Assembly: GCA_964641815.1 (NCBI GenBank)
Contig: CAZXKN010000109.1
Span: 1-45,894 of the forward strand
From: an uncultured Gemmatimonadaceae bacterium
GTDB lineage: Bacteria; Gemmatimonadota; Gemmatimonadetes; Gemmatimonadales; GWC2-71-9
Direction of reading: 5' to 3'
Length of the DNA stretch: 45,894 nt
Shown piece after piece: positions 1-9,777 of the stretch. The position numbers and the translations under genes are program-made. Below the pieces are notes generated by a model. It did no database searches. It had not been told where the DNA came from and saw only the letters and a list, made by a program, of their open reading frames with translations. Numbering within the stretch: position 1 is the first letter of the stretch; each line of letters opens with the position of its first letter.

Positions 1-1413
1 CTCGCGATGGAGGACGCGATTGTCCTGACGCGATCCCTCGGCCAGCAGCGCGACCTGAACGACGCCCTCCGAGCCTATGAAGCCGAGCGCCGACCCGTGG
101 TGGAGAGCCTGCAGCGCGCCGCTCAGGTGAGCCTCGAATACTTCGAGAACACCGAGCGCTACATGCAGCTCGAGCCGGTGCAGTTTGCATTCAACCTGCT
201 GACGCGCAGCCTCCGCATCACGCACGACAACCTCAAGGTGCGCGATCCGCGATTCGTGGAGAGCGTCGACCGCTGGTTCGCGAGCGGCGCTGCGCACGCC
301 GTCGGCCTGCACGAGCCACCGCTGCCGTCACCGCCACCGCTGTTCACCCCCTTCCGGCTGCGTGAGCTGCTGCTCGAGAACCGCGTCGTCGTCTCGCCGA
401 TGTGTCAGTACTCCGCCGAGGACGGCACGCCCAACGATTGGCACCTCGTACACCTCGGGGCGCGGGCCATCGGGGGTGCCGGCCTGGTGTTTACGGAGAT
501 GACGGACGTGACCCGCGAGGGCCGCATCTCGCCGGGATGTACGGGGATGTACAAGGCGGAGCACGTCGCGGCGTGGAAGCGCATCGTGGATTTCGTGCAC
601 CGCTCGAGCCGCGCCAAGGTCGGCCTGCAGCTCGGCCACGCGGGGCGCAAGGCGGCGACGAAAAGGATGTGGGAGGGCGACAATGAGCCGCTCGACTCGG
701 GCGCCTGGCCGATCATGGGGGCGTCGCCGATTCCCTACTTCCCCCACAGCCAGACCCCGCGACAGATGACGCGCGCCGACATGACCGGTGTGCGCGACGC
801 GTTTGCACGCGCCGCGCGCATGGGCAACGATGCCGGATTCGACATCCTGGAGCTGCACTTCGCCCACGGCTACCTGTTGGCGAGCTTCATCTCCCCGCTC
901 ACCAACCGGCGGGAGGACGAGTACGGCGGCACCCTCGAGCGCCGCCTGCGCTTCCCGCTCGAGGTCTTCAACGCGGTGCGCAACGCCTGGCCCGTCGCGA
1001 AACCGATATCGGTGCGCATCTCCGCCGTCGACTGGGCGCCGGGCGGCCTCGAGTCCGCCGAGGCAGTGCAGGTGGCGCGGGCGTTCAAGGAGCGCGGCTG
1101 CGACATCATCGACGTGTCGGCGGGCCAGACGGTCGCCGACCAGGCGCCGGTCTACGGCCGCCTGTTCCAGACGCCCTTCGCCGACCGCATTCGCTACGAG
1201 GCGGGGATTCCCGTCATGACCGTCGGCAACATCTCGAGCTTCACCGACGTGAACACGATCCTCGCCGCCGGCCGCGCCGACCTGTGCGTGCTGGCGCGCG
1301 CCCACCTGTACGATCCGTATTGGACGCGCCACGCCGCCTATGCGCTGGGGTGGTCCGTCGACTGGCCGGACCAGTACGAGTCGCTCGACCGCTACAAACC
1401 GCGCTTCACCTAG
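1..1413 (+). CDS. C-terminal part (5' end lies outside the window) of an FAD-monooxygenase/Old-Yellow-Enzyme fusion, 2-aminobenzoyl-CoA monooxygenase/reductase or salicylyl-CoA 5-hydroxylase family
   Basis: The frame is open from nt 1. The first ~60 aa resemble the tail of an FAD aromatic hydroxylase ([15 protein letters not shown]). The rest is an OYE-like FMN oxidoreductase ([31 protein letters not shown]). Confidence 0.75.
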   Translation, partial: LAMEDAIVLTRSLGQQRDLNDALRAYEAERRPVVESLQRAAQVSLEYFENTERYMQLEPVQFAFNLLTRSLRITHDNLKVRDPRFVESVDRWFASGAAHAVGLHEPPLPSPPPLFTPFRLRELLLENRVVVSPMCQYSAEDGTPNDWHLVHLGARAIGGAGLVFTEMTDVTREGRISPGCTGMYKAEHVAAWKRIVDFVHRSSRAKVGLQLGHAGRKAATKRMWEGDNEPLDSGAWPIMGASPIPYFPHSQTPRQMTRADMTGVRDAFARAARMGNDAGFDILELHFAHGYLLASFISPLTNRREDEYGGTLERRLRFPLEVFNAVRNAWPVAKPISVRISAVDWAPGGLESAEAVQVARAFKERGCDIIDVSAGQTVADQAPVYGRLFQTPFADRIRYEAGIPVMTVGNISSFTDVNTILAAGRADLCVLARAHLYDPYWTRHAAYALGWSVDWPDQYESLDRYKPRFT

Positions 1414-1423
1414 GGACGGACCG

Positions 1424-2206
1424 ATGGCCGTGACGTACGCGAGCTACCTGCGACTCGACCAGCTCCTTGCGCTGCAGCAGCCGGGCAAGGGCGAGATGGA
1501 GCACGATGAGACGCTGTTTATCGTGATCCACCAGGTGTACGAGCTCTGGTTCAAGGAAGTGCTGCACGAGCTCGACCATCTGATGGCGTTGCTGCGCGCC
1601 AACGACACGCCGCGCGCGCTGCACACCCTGAAGCGCATCCTCACGATCCTCAAAGTGCTGGTCGCGCAGATCGACATCCTCGAGACGATGACGCCGCTCG
1701 GCTTTCTCTCGTTTCGCGACCGGCTCGAAACAGGGAGCGGGTTCCAATCCTTTCAGTTCCGCGAGATCGAATTCGCGCTCGGCATCAAGAGCGCTGCCGT
1801 GCTGGAGCGCTACCCGGCAGGGAGCGAGCACCGCCGCCGCGTGGAGCAACGGCTGCAGGGCGCGACGCTGTGGGATGCCTTCCTGCGATATCTCGTCGCC
1901 AACCAGTTCGCCGTGCCCCAGGCGCTGCTCGACCGCGACGTCACGCAGGTGATCGAGCCCAGCTCCGAGCTGCAGCGCCTGCTGGTCCTCGTGTACCGCA
2001 CCAATCCCGGCGTCCAGTCGGTGTGCGAGCGGCTCGTCGACCTCGACGAAGGGCTGATGGAATGGCGCTACCGGCATGTGAAGATGGTGGAGCGCACCAT
2101 CGGGACGCGCCACGGCACCGGCGGCTCGGCGGGCGCGGCGTACCTCACCACCACCCTCAACCGGCCGGCGTTCCCGGATCTCTGGGCGATCCGCACCGAG
2201 CTGTGA
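1424..2206 (+). CDS. kynA: tryptophan 2,3-dioxygenase
   Basis: The N-terminus YASYLRLDQLLALQQP...HDETLFIVIHQVYELWFK and the C-terminus GTGGSAGAAYL are typical TDO motifs. I chose the ATG at 1424 over the track start at 1340, which would add a Ser/Thr/Arg-rich non-homologous leader overlapping the upstream gene. Confidence 0.9.
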   Translation: MAVTYASYLRLDQLLALQQPGKGEMEHDETLFIVIHQVYELWFKEVLHELDHLMALLRANDTPRALHTLKRILTILKVLVAQIDILETMTPLGFLSFRDRLETGSGFQSFQFREIEFALGIKSAAVLERYPAGSEHRRRVEQRLQGATLWDAFLRYLVANQFAVPQALLDRDVTQVIEPSSELQRLLVLVYRTNPGVQSVCERLVDLDEGLMEWRYRHVKMVERTIGTRHGTGGSAGAAYLTTTLNRPAFPDLWAIRTEL

Positions 2207-3384
2207 GCGTCGATCCCACCGCCCTGGCGCGGCACTACGCGCGCTTTCGGGTCGCTGAGCGTGTGCTCCTGACGGGGCACTCCCACCAGGCATGGCCCGA
2301 CGCAGGGTTCGCCGCCCAGCAGCAGGCCTGGCTCGACGCCGCCGAACACGTCGACGACAAGTGGGACCGGGCGTTCGCCAAGGCCGACCGCGTGCGCGCG
2401 GGGTTCGCCCGTCTGCTGGACGATCCCGGCGGCGACATCGCGCTTGCCTCGAGCACCCACGATCTGATCGTGCGGTTTCTTTCGGCGCTCCCGCTGGCGC
2501 GACGCCCCCGCCTCGTGACGACCGACGGCGAGTTTCACACCGTGCGCCGTCAGCTCGACCGGCTGTCCGAGGAAGGCATCGAGGTCGTGCGGTTGCCGTC
2601 GCGGCCGGTGACGCAGATCGCCGAGCGCATCAAGAAGATGGTGACCGACCGTACCGCGGCCGTCTTCGTCTCGGCCGTGCTGTACGAGAACGCGCACATC
2701 GTCCCCAACCTCGCGCTCGCGATGGAGGCGTGCCGGCGGCTGGGCGTCGAGCTGCTGGTCGACGCGTACCATGCGCTCAACGTCGTGCCGTTCTCCCTGC
2801 AGACCGAGCAGCTGACCGATGCATTCATCGTCGGCGGCGGCTACAAGTACTGCCAGCTGGGAGAGGGCAACGCGTTTCTCCGGATCCCCAAGGAGTGCAC
2901 GCTGCGGCCGGTCGTCACCGGATGGTTCAGCGAGTTCGCCGAGCTGGCGCGGCCGCCCTATGCCGGCCAGGTGCCGTACGGCGAGGGTCCCGCGCGCTTC
3001 GCCGGCGCGACGTACGATCCGACGAGCCATTATCGTGGCGCGGCGGTATTCGACTTCTTCGAGCAGCAGCAATTGACCCCACCGCTCTTGCGAGAGATCA
3101 GCCAGCACCAGGTCGGGCTGCTGTCGCGGGGGTTCGACGAGCTCGATCTCGATCCCGCGGTGATCAACCGCGACCGCCGCTCGGCGCCGCTCGAATCGAT
3201 CGGCGGGTTCCTGTCGCTGCGCGCCCCCCGCGCCGCCGAGATCTCACACAAGCTGCGGGAACGGAATGTGTGGACCGACCACCGGGGAGAATTGCTGCGG
3301 CTGGGCCCGGCGCCCTACGTCAGCGACGACCAGCTGCGGTCGGGGCTCGCTGCCCTGAAGGAGGTCGCCGCGTCAGTGCTCTGA
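2203..3384 (+). CDS. kynU: kynureninase (PLP-dependent, aminotransferase class V fold)
   Basis: The GTG at 2203 overlaps the kynA TGA (GTGA). Motifs DAYHALNVVP, GGGYKYCQLGEGNAF (PLP-Lys), TGWF and LRLGPAPY parallel those of Pseudomonas KynU. The track ORF from 1870 is a false 5' extension. Confidence 0.8.
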   Translation: MSVDPTALARHYARFRVAERVLLTGHSHQAWPDAGFAAQQQAWLDAAEHVDDKWDRAFAKADRVRAGFARLLDDPGGDIALASSTHDLIVRFLSALPLARRPRLVTTDGEFHTVRRQLDRLSEEGIEVVRLPSRPVTQIAERIKKMVTDRTAAVFVSAVLYENAHIVPNLALAMEACRRLGVELLVDAYHALNVVPFSLQTEQLTDAFIVGGGYKYCQLGEGNAFLRIPKECTLRPVVTGWFSEFAELARPPYAGQVPYGEGPARFAGATYDPTSHYRGAAVFDFFEQQQLTPPLLREISQHQVGLLSRGFDELDLDPAVINRDRRSAPLESIGGFLSLRAPRAAEISHKLRERNVWTDHRGELLRLGPAPYVSDDQLRSGLAALKEVAASVL

Positions 3385-4188
3385 GCGGAACGCCCGGATT
3401 TGTGCCACCGCGTCGGCGACTTTGTAGCCGATGAAGACCTCGCCCATCTGCCGCGTTGCTTTCGTGGGATCCCCGTCCACACCCGTCGTCGCCTGCTCGG
3501 TGCTGTCGCTCTTGGCAAGTTTGTCGCGCCGGATCCAGAGCGAATCGATATACAAGAGCTCGCTCGTGTCGTCGGTGCCGGCGTGGCGATCGGGCGCGAT
3601 GTGCCGCTGGGCCAGGTAGACGCGCGCCTGCTCCTTTTCCTTGTAATAGAGATCCGACACATAGCGCACGCGCACTCCCCTGGCGCGCCACGTGGCGTCG
3701 AGCGACTGTGCCACAGAGCGCAGCAGCTCCTGTCCTTCGCCGTGATCGCCCATGATGTAAATCTGCCGGAAACCCGCCGCGATCGCGCTCGCCGCGATGC
3801 CGCGCACGACCCCGTCGAACACCGGAAGAGCAAGGGACACGCTCCCCGGAAATCGCATATGCCCCGTCTTCAGGGCGGGGTCGCCCGTGGGCGCGAACGG
3901 CAGCGTCGGATAAACGAGGGCGTCCCCGAGCTCCTCGGCGATGCGCTGCGCGACGTAGTGCGCGATGAACGTGTGCTTGCCGAGCACCATGTGGGGACCG
4001 TTCTGCTCGGTGCTGCCGACGTAGATGATGGCGGTGGTGCGCCCGGCCGCCATGGCATCGCGGACCTCGGTCCACGTCATCTCCTCGATCAGTACGGGGT
4101 GGTGGGATGCTTGCGCGGCTCCCGGTGATGGCAGCAACGACACACCGAGAGTCAGAGCCGCGATGAGCGTATTGCGTGTCGGGTGCAT
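3373..4188 (-). CDS. creatininase-family amidohydrolase with an N-terminal Sec signal peptide
   Basis: Signal peptide LIAALTLGVSLLPSPGAAQA, followed by creatininase-family motifs (GSTEQNGPH, MGDHGEG, HAGTDDTS). A GGAGA sits 5 nt upstream of the ATG. Confidence 0.8.
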   Translation of the reverse strand: MHPTRNTLIAALTLGVSLLPSPGAAQASHHPVLIEEMTWTEVRDAMAAGRTTAIIYVGSTEQNGPHMVLGKHTFIAHYVAQRIAEELGDALVYPTLPFAPTGDPALKTGHMRFPGSVSLALPVFDGVVRGIAASAIAAGFRQIYIMGDHGEGQELLRSVAQSLDATWRARGVRVRYVSDLYYKEKEQARVYLAQRHIAPDRHAGTDDTSELLYIDSLWIRRDKLAKSDSTEQATTGVDGDPTKATRQMGEVFIGYKVADAVAQIRAFRSEH

Positions 4189-4219
4189 CTGATTCTCCGG
4201 AAAGTTGAACAGCGGCTCG

Positions 4220-6070
4220 CTATGCGCCGAGCAGCTGAGTCACGGCGCGATCCGCCTCGCGAATCGAGTTGCGATGGTCCATCGCGCCGGCGAGATCGGT
4301 GTTGGCGAATGCGATGCGGCCATGCGGAGCGGTGCGCAACACATCGCGCGCGGCAGGCTGGCCGTTCGTGCCGAAAAAGAAACCGGGTTGCGGATTGACG
4401 TAGGCGTGCCCCCAGCGGTTGAGAATGATGCCGGCGATGTCCGTGCGCGGGTCGAATCCGCCGCGGGCGAACATGTCGCCCAGCTGCTGGCGAAAGGCGC
4501 GCTCGTATTGCGCGAACGACGTGCCGAGCAGCTGGACTCGACCGCGGCTGCCCTGCTCACCGATGGACAAGCCCGGCTGGGCGAACAGCACCTTGATCGT
4601 CAGCGCCGTGGGTGAGTCGGGTCCGAAACCGGGGGACATGCCGCCGACGGTCGCTTGCCTACGCACCGAGAGATAGTTGCCCAGCCCCTCGAACCAGCGA
4701 CAGCCCGACATCCCCATCGTGTAGAGAAAGCGCCAGTTGCGCACCGCGATGTTCGCCATCAGGCACGGCGAGCGGTAGAACTGCGCGTACGCCGCGCGAT
4801 GACCGTCGGGGAGGTCGCCGACGATGTGCTGTGCCGTCCAGCTGCCACCGGCCATCACCACGGCGCGAGCGTTGACGCGGAAGAGCCGGTTTCCCTTCGC
4901 GTAGGTGATCACCACGTGCGGCGCGTGCGCCGGATCGCCCGCATGGACGACGCGGACGACGGTGGCGTTGAGGCGAATGCGGGTGCCCTGCCCCGCACGG
5001 TCCAGCGCCGCAAACCGCACGCGGTTCTGCCACACCGCGTCGACACTGCGCGGCCCCGCGAACGCGTCGGGGATCAGCGTCTTCACCATCAGGCGGGCGA
5101 AGCCGGTGTTGCCGTCGGGAAACATCTGATCGCCCAGGGCCTCGTCCCCGTCGCCGGGGAACTGCGTCTCGATCGCGTAGTCGCAGTAGGCCGACAGCGC
5201 ATCGGGCCCGAGGCCATAACCGCCGCCCTCGAGGGGCGACAGAAACGTGCGCACCGTCTCGCGGCTGATCTTGTGCCGCGTCATCAGGTGCTCTTCCAGG
5301 GTGATCGCGTCGAGTTGGCGCGAGACGGCGTCGCCTTCCGTTGTCGGACGCGGCCCCGGCGTGTCGACGCTGCGCGAGCGCAGCCACTCCGCCTTCACGG
5401 CGTCGGAGAGCGGCGCTCCGTCGAGCCGCTTCCCCCACGGATCGATCACCCACACACCGGGACGAACCCCGAACTGCGATCCGAAATAGAAGCCGTAATC
5501 CTTCGGCTCGTCGTACGGGCTGTGACTGAGCGGCATCTCCGCCTGCTGTCCGCGCCAGCGCTGATACTCGAAAGCCGACCGGTCCATACCGATCAGCTTG
5601 TAGAAGGACTCGGTGTAACCACCCTTCTGGGGGACGAGGAAGATCGCCGAGCCCTGGTGAGCGATCACAGTCTGGCCGTCGACGCGGAACTCGTTGCGCT
5701 TTGCCTCGCCGCCGAAGATGGCGTGGTTGTCGAGCACGAGGCAGCGACCGCCCCGTTTCTGCTGGAAAAAGACCGCCGCGGCGAGGCCGCTGATCCCGCC
5801 GCCCACCGCGACCAGGTCGTACATCTCGCCGGTGTCGGTGGCGCCGGCGATCGCGCGCTCGAACGCCCCGTCGCGCATGCGGTGCGCTGTGGTCATCACG
5901 TCGTACATGTTGCCGTGGGCGCACGCGTAGTCGCCCACGCCGCCGTAGCCGTCCCAGGCGTCAGCGGGTGAGATCGTCAGCGGCACCTGCACATGGCGCC
6001 CCAGCACGAGGCCCGCGCCCGCGAGCAGCGTGCCGTTCAGAAAGTCGCGGCGCGAGATCGGCTCGTGCAT
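4220..6070 (-). CDS. Tat-exported FAD-dependent amine oxidoreductase, spermidine-dehydrogenase-like
   Basis: Twin-arginine signal MHEPISRRDFLNGTLLAGAGLVLG and a dinucleotide-binding motif VAVGGGISGLAAA. Its length of about 615 aa is typical of SpdH-like proteins. Alternative starts lie at 6091 (ATG) and 6115 (GTG). Confidence 0.7.
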   Translation of the reverse strand: MHEPISRRDFLNGTLLAGAGLVLGRHVQVPLTISPADAWDGYGGVGDYACAHGNMYDVMTTAHRMRDGAFERAIAGATDTGEMYDLVAVGGGISGLAAAVFFQQKRGGRCLVLDNHAIFGGEAKRNEFRVDGQTVIAHQGSAIFLVPQKGGYTESFYKLIGMDRSAFEYQRWRGQQAEMPLSHSPYDEPKDYGFYFGSQFGVRPGVWVIDPWGKRLDGAPLSDAVKAEWLRSRSVDTPGPRPTTEGDAVSRQLDAITLEEHLMTRHKISRETVRTFLSPLEGGGYGLGPDALSAYCDYAIETQFPGDGDEALGDQMFPDGNTGFARLMVKTLIPDAFAGPRSVDAVWQNRVRFAALDRAGQGTRIRLNATVVRVVHAGDPAHAPHVVITYAKGNRLFRVNARAVVMAGGSWTAQHIVGDLPDGHRAAYAQFYRSPCLMANIAVRNWRFLYTMGMSGCRWFEGLGNYLSVRRQATVGGMSPGFGPDSPTALTIKVLFAQPGLSIGEQGSRGRVQLLGTSFAQYERAFRQQLGDMFARGGFDPRTDIAGIILNRWGHAYVNPQPGFFFGTNGQPAARDVLRTAPHGRIAFANTDLAGAMDHRNSIREADRAVTQLLGA

Positions 6071-6144
6071 CCCGAGGCCGTCGGTTGTCATCCGCGGAAA
6101 ATGAATGCCGCACACGAACCTTCCGCTAGAGGTAGAATTGGCCC

Positions 6145-7101
6145 ATGCGCGACATCCGGGTGGCGGCGATCCAGTTTCAGCACGCCGCCGGCGATAAGGC
6201 CTACAACCTCGGCCGCGTGCGGCACTTCATGGCCGAGGCCGCCCGGTCGCGGGTGCAGCTCATCGCCTTCCCCGAGATGTGCCTCACGGGCTACTGGCAC
6301 GTGCGCAAGCTGTCACGCGCGACATTCGAGGCACTGGCCGAGCCGGTCCCGGACGGGGCGTGCACGCAGGATCTCCTGCGGCTCTCGCAGGAGCACGGTA
6401 TGACGGTCGGCGCGGGGCTGCTCGAGCGTGCCAGCGACGGCGGCGTCTACAATGCGTATGTCGTTGCCATGCCCGATGGGACCTGGGCCGTGCACCGCAA
6501 GCTGCACGTATTCGAGCATCCGGACATCCGCGCGGGGGAGCGCTACACCGTCTTCGACACGCCGCATGGGTGCCGCGTGGGCGTGCTGATCTGCTACGAC
6601 AACAACATCGTCGAGAACGCCCGCGCCACCGCGCTCCTCGGTGCGGAAATCCTGCTTGCGCCGCACCAGACGGGCGGCTGTAACTCGCTGAGCCCGCGCG
6701 GCATGAAGCCGATCGACCCCGCCGTGTGGGCGCGCCGCCATGAGGACCCCGCGGCGTGCGCCGCGGAGCTCTGCGGACCCAAGGGACGAGCGTGGCTGAT
6801 GCGTTGGCTGCCCAGCCGGGCGCACGACAACGGCATGTTTCTGGTGTTCAGCAACGGCATCGGCCCTGACGACGATGAAATCCGCACCGGCAATGCGATG
6901 GTGCTCGACCCTTATGGAGAGCTGATCGCGGAGTCGCGGGCGTTGGGTGACGATATGGTAGTCGTGGATCTGGACGCGTCACTGCTGCCGACCTCATCCG
7001 GCAGGCGCTGGCTGCGGGCACGCCGGCCCGAGCTCTACGAATCGCTGACGCGTCCGACGGGGCAGGAGCAAGAGACGCGGCGCGTGCGGTTTGGGGAGTA
7101 G
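6145..7101 (+). CDS. carbon-nitrogen hydrolase (nitrilase/amidase superfamily)
   Basis: Glu-Lys-Cys triad context: IAFPEMCLTGY, HRKLHVF, VLICYDNNIVE. It is divergent from the amine oxidoreductase. Confidence 0.85.
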   Translation: MRDIRVAAIQFQHAAGDKAYNLGRVRHFMAEAARSRVQLIAFPEMCLTGYWHVRKLSRATFEALAEPVPDGACTQDLLRLSQEHGMTVGAGLLERASDGGVYNAYVVAMPDGTWAVHRKLHVFEHPDIRAGERYTVFDTPHGCRVGVLICYDNNIVENARATALLGAEILLAPHQTGGCNSLSPRGMKPIDPAVWARRHEDPAACAAELCGPKGRAWLMRWLPSRAHDNGMFLVFSNGIGPDDDEIRTGNAMVLDPYGELIAESRALGDDMVVVDLDASLLPTSSGRRWLRARRPELYESLTRPTGQEQETRRVRFGE

Positions 7102-7140
7102 CGCGATATCCTCTGTAACCTCTTTCATGCGGACGTTCCC

Positions 7141-7659
7141 ATGTCACTCCACGCTGCTCGTGGATTCGTTCTCGGTGTGCTGGCGGTGGTGTTGTGTCCG
7201 GCGCTGCAGGCGCAGGCGGCAGGCCAATGGGCGTGCCGGGCGGACAGTCTCTCCGGCTGGAACTGCGCGCACTACTACAACGGCACCGTTACCCTGACGT
7301 CCGAATTGACGGGATCCGTCCACCAGACCCACAAAATCGTGGCGACGGTGACCGGCGGCCGGGCCACCTGCCGCGTGTCGGGAAGCGAAGTGACGGAGTT
7401 CGAGGCCCCAGGGATGGTGGCCGTGACGCACGAGGCGACGCTGATGGTCGGCGGTGGCTACAGCATCAGTGTGTGGTGCCCCGAGGAAGCCGGCGACCGC
7501 CCGCACCGCGGGACGGAGCCGCAGATCAAGATCGAGGGGCAGCGTGCGGCGTCGTACACCACGCTGGACGGCAAGGACAGCCACGAGGACCCCAATGCGG
7601 ATGCCGCCAACGGCATCTCGGGCACGGAGACGATCACCTGGGCGCTGCGGCGGACCTAG
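7141..7659 (+). CDS. hypothetical secreted protein (4 Cys)
   Basis: Signal peptide ending ALQAQA, with a coding-like codon pattern. I recognise no family. Confidence 0.5.
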   Translation: MSLHAARGFVLGVLAVVLCPALQAQAAGQWACRADSLSGWNCAHYYNGTVTLTSELTGSVHQTHKIVATVTGGRATCRVSGSEVTEFEAPGMVAVTHEATLMVGGGYSISVWCPEEAGDRPHRGTEPQIKIEGQRAASYTTLDGKDSHEDPNADAANGISGTETITWALRRT

Positions 7660-7672
7660 CCGCCGGGGCGCA

Positions 7673-8140
7673 CTAGCGTTCGGCCAACGGCCGCCCGAGG
7701 ATCGCCGGCGCGAACAGCGTTCCGAGCGAGTCGCCGAACACGGCGGCGCTCGCCGGGGGCCCCGCCAGTCGTATTTGAGCAAGGGAATCGCCGGTATCCA
7801 TGCTGGCGAGACGCGCCACGACGACGAACTGCGAATCGACGATCCCCGCGACGCCGAAGATCGCGTAGTGGGCCGCGACGAAGTTGTTCAGCTGAGCGCC
7901 CCGCAGCCGCTGGGAGCGGTCCACGATCACGACGCCCTCCGCCTTCAACCGGAGGACGATGTGTGCGCGCGTCGTATCGGCGACGGCTTGCAGCTCGGCC
8001 GTGGGAGCGGTGCTGAGCGACAGCGGACGGACAACCGCGGTTCCGTGGGGCGGCGGCTTCGTCGCTTGGCTCTGGCCTGAGAGCGGTGCGACCGTGGCCA
8101 GAAACACGCACGCCAAGCGCTGACGATGGCTAGCGGACAT
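7673..8140 (-). CDS. hypothetical secreted protein
   Basis: Signal-like N-terminus LACVFLATVAPLSGQSQA. It overlaps the stop of the upstream DUF1593 gene by 11 nt, which suggests an operon. I recognise no family. Confidence 0.5.
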   Translation of the reverse strand: MSASHRQRLACVFLATVAPLSGQSQATKPPPHGTAVVRPLSLSTAPTAELQAVADTTRAHIVLRLKAEGVVIVDRSQRLRGAQLNNFVAAHYAIFGVAGIVDSQFVVVARLASMDTGDSLAQIRLAGPPASAAVFGDSLGTLFAPAILGRPLAER

Positions 8141-9731
8141 CGATGATCACCCGCTGATAGTGGGTCAACACGGGAGTTCCGTTGTCGGTCGCTTCCAGGA
8201 CCACATGAATGGTCTGTCCCGTGGCGGCGTCGGCCGGGACCTGCACGCTCGTGGCGAGTGCGTTGGGGTTCGAGAATGTGACTCGACCCGAGTACGTTCC
8301 CACATCTTTCCATTTCCACCACCGCACCGTCACAATGTTCCCGTCGGGATCGGCGGTGACTGCCTGGAGTCGGATCGTCTCGCCCGGGTGAGCGGAGATT
8401 CGTGCCGGCCCCTGTATCACAACCTGCGGCTCGTGGTTGGCTCCGGCGTATGTCGGAGTCACTGACCAGGCGAGGCGTGCGGCGAACCCGTTCTGCGCCG
8501 CAGCAGTGAAGTCCGGGTCCGGCGACGGTGGCCGTGGCCGGGCAGCGGCCAGCTCCTGCAGCGTGAGCAGGTCGTCGTACGAGTTGATCGTGATCCGCGG
8601 GAGCGGGCTCTGACCCGTGGCCGCGGTCGCTGCACCGGTTCCATGTCCCGCCCAGCCGCCCGGCGTTGCGTTTTCGTATCCCTGCAGTCCGTTGTCAATC
8701 AGGTTGAGAAATGTGAACGTGTCGCCCTCGCCGAGGAACTCTCCCTTCGGGCGCGGCGGCGTCCACACGATGTAGCCCTTGGCCTTGAGCTGTTCCGCGG
8801 TGAGTCCCGACAGCCCGAAGTAGTCGAAGATGTCGCCCTGCACCATCTGCTTGCCGTCGCCCCACACCCGGTAGAGCGCGCCCAATGCCCCGCGGCTCGA
8901 GATGTTCGCCCGCATCCAATCGGCGCTGTAGAACACCGAATCCTCGGTGCTCGCGCCGGCCTGCGCCTCGTATCCCAGCGCGACGCCGCCCACGCCAGCC
9001 GGGAGCGTCCTGATGTCGGGCCAGTTCGGACGGATGTAGGTGGCGTAGGTGTCGTCCTGATCCCCGGAGGGTGAGAGGATGGCCTTGCGCGAAACTTTCT
9101 GATAGATGGAGCGCCACTGGGGCGTCCCCGAGAATTGGTCCTGGATCGACTGCAGCGCTCGCGCAATCGTGCTCTGGCCGCCCCACGCGAGCAGGTAGAC
9201 GGGGCCTGGCTCGTCGTCCAGCAACAGGGCTTTGATGAGATCCGAGCCGGGACTGTCCTTGGAGATGTCTCCATCGAACTCCACGTTCCCCCACCGGATC
9301 TTCGACCGTAGTTCCGCGGGCGCCGGGTAATGCGGATCGTGCAGGCGGAGGTTCGGGTAGACCTGCGCGTAGGTCGCGACGGCGATGTCGATGTAGTGCT
9401 CGTCCGGCGCCCAGCGGTAAGACGCGCACGGGCAGAGGTTGAGCCCCCAACGCGAGTATTCGCGGTTCGGGACTGACACTTTCCTGCCTGTGCCGTCGCC
9501 CTTCCAGTGGAACTGGCTCGACGCGTAAATGAGTCCTTCAGTCTTGAAATCGGTGCTGTAGAGCAGATAACGGATCAGGGAGTTCGCGTCGTCGAGCTCG
9601 GGATCGGTGGTGACCACGACGCGGGGCCTGGATGCAGCCGTCGTGTCCGCGCCACTCGGGATCTGGGCAGCACTCGACGCTCCGCCGCCCACCGTCACCA
9701 CGCACAGCGCCCCCCAACCCCAGAGATTCAT
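8130..9731 (-). CDS. DUF1593-family (nucleoside-hydrolase-like) secreted protein with a C-terminal Ig-like domain
   Basis: After the signal peptide, the N-terminal motif PRVVVTTDPELDDANSLIRYLLYS is typical of DUF1593. The C-terminus is a beta-rich domain (GETIRLQAVTADPDGN). Confidence 0.65.
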   Translation of the reverse strand: MNLWGWGALCVVTVGGGASSAAQIPSGADTTAASRPRVVVTTDPELDDANSLIRYLLYSTDFKTEGLIYASSQFHWKGDGTGRKVSVPNREYSRWGLNLCPCASYRWAPDEHYIDIAVATYAQVYPNLRLHDPHYPAPAELRSKIRWGNVEFDGDISKDSPGSDLIKALLLDDEPGPVYLLAWGGQSTIARALQSIQDQFSGTPQWRSIYQKVSRKAILSPSGDQDDTYATYIRPNWPDIRTLPAGVGGVALGYEAQAGASTEDSVFYSADWMRANISSRGALGALYRVWGDGKQMVQGDIFDYFGLSGLTAEQLKAKGYIVWTPPRPKGEFLGEGDTFTFLNLIDNGLQGYENATPGGWAGHGTGAATAATGQSPLPRITINSYDDLLTLQELAAARPRPPSPDPDFTAAAQNGFAARLAWSVTPTYAGANHEPQVVIQGPARISAHPGETIRLQAVTADPDGNIVTVRWWKWKDVGTYSGRVTFSNPNALATSVQVPADAATGQTIHVVLEATDNGTPVLTHYQRVIIDVR

Positions 9732-9777
9732 GCCCTTCCCTGTGTGAGCGTCCCCGCCAGACCTTGCACGTCGATGG

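Noticed and set aside
3373-4188. Creatininase-family protein as the missing kynurenine formamidase next to kynA-kynU. The family does include a formamide hydrolase, the archaeal ArfB.
   Set aside because: It has a clear Sec signal peptide. It is convergent to kynU and appears co-transcribed with the Tat-exported amine oxidoreductase. A periplasmic location does not fit a cytoplasmic kynurenine pathway.
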